Positions 31,738 to 32,000 of a DNA stretch of 32,000 bases are shown piece after piece. Position numbers and translations under genes: made by a program. Origin of the DNA: Mycobacterium leprae TN (GTDB lineage Bacteria > Actinomycetota > Actinomycetes > Mycobacteriales > Mycobacteriaceae); NCBI RefSeq assembly GCF_000195855.1, contig NC_002677.1, forward strand, positions 2,040,001-2,072,000. The letters run 5' to 3'. Under the pieces are notes generated by a model. The model was given only the letters and a program-made list of their open reading frames with translations, did no database searches and was not told the origin of the DNA. Positions within the stretch are counted from its first letter, which is position 1. Every line of letters begins with the position of its first letter.

Positions 31738-32000
31738 TTATGCACCTCCTCGGCGGATATCTGCGATTTGCACCTCGTCGTGCCCGGGTTCGTCCTGGAG
31801 TAGTTTGCCGAGTACCAGCAGCACTCTTGCGGCGACCGCCATCGCCAGTCTCGGATCTATCACCTGCAACTTCCCGGCCACGGCCGCAATGTCGCGCTTG
31901 GCTCCAGGCACCAGCCCTCGGTCGGCGGTAATCAGGCGCAAACCTTGATTGAGAACGATTCGACTGTCCGGCCTATGAAACATCCGTCCAGTTAAGAGAA
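31738..32000 (-). CDS. 3' part of an unassigned ORF that stays open to the window edge
   Basis: The frame ...LTGRMFHRPDSRIVLNQGLRLITADRGLVPGAKRDIAAVAGKLQVIDPRLAMAVAARVLLVLGKLLQDEPGHDEVQIADIRRGGA* has no in-frame stop between 31984 and 32000. I do not recognise the product, and it could itself be a pseudogene fragment. Confidence 0.2.
   Translation of the reverse strand, partial: LLTGRMFHRPDSRIVLNQGLRLITADRGLVPGAKRDIAAVAGKLQVIDPRLAMAVAARVLLVLGKLLQDEPGHDEVQIADIRRGGA

Noticed and set aside
31738-31983. A possible VapC/PIN toxin, suggested by the GLRLITADRG segment
   Set aside because: In PIN toxins that motif lies within ~15 residues of the C-terminus. Here about 55 more residues follow, no adjacent antitoxin-sized ORF is visible, and the frame stays open to the window edge. 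It is left as an unassigned partial ORF.

Overview
This window reads as a mycobacterial core-chromosome segment. Gene order is colinear with M. tuberculosis Rv2997-Rv3035. Intact housekeeping genes alternate with heavily decayed pseudogenes, which is the signature of Mycobacterium leprae or a very close relative such as M. lepromatosis. This species call is an inference from protein sequences and synteny, not a database hit.

I count 19 intact CDS, about two thirds of the window by my own coordinate sum:
- ilvC, ilvN and ilvB
- a DoxX membrane protein
- lipoprotein LppZ
- gatB, pfkA, gatA and gatC
- an ACT-domain protein
- ligA
- a MetE-C-terminal-like protein
- mnmA (trmU) and iscS
- etfA and etfB
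- the three-gene methylglucose-lipopolysaccharide (MGLP) block: a SAM methyltransferase, a GH57 enzyme and a GT4 glucosyltransferase

The rest is gene wreckage:
- a phytoene-desaturase-like oxidoreductase
- cfp6
- an HtrA/PDZ-like protease remnant
- an adjacent OlsB-like GNAT and PlsC-like acyltransferase pair
- a frameshifted conserved hypothetical
- an approximately 880-bp IS256-family transposon remnant with perfect 25-bp terminal inverted repeats

I saw no rRNA, tRNA or CRISPR array, and no convincing novel multi-gene system such as a defence island, toxin cassette or biosynthetic cluster.

The observations most worth a second look are:
- a leader-peptide (MLVVICQRVGG) plus terminator attenuator upstream of ilvB
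- a diverged tandem copy of the last ~190 bp of mnmA directly after its stop codon, with a weaker analogous signal after pfkA
- a perfect 23-bp tandem duplication spanning the lppZ stop codon
- a 19-bp tandem repeat in the gatC/ACT-protein divergent promoter region
- joint inactivation of the olsB/olsA-like pair
- the IS remnant

All homology statements come from reading translations by eye and need alignment or HMM confirmation.
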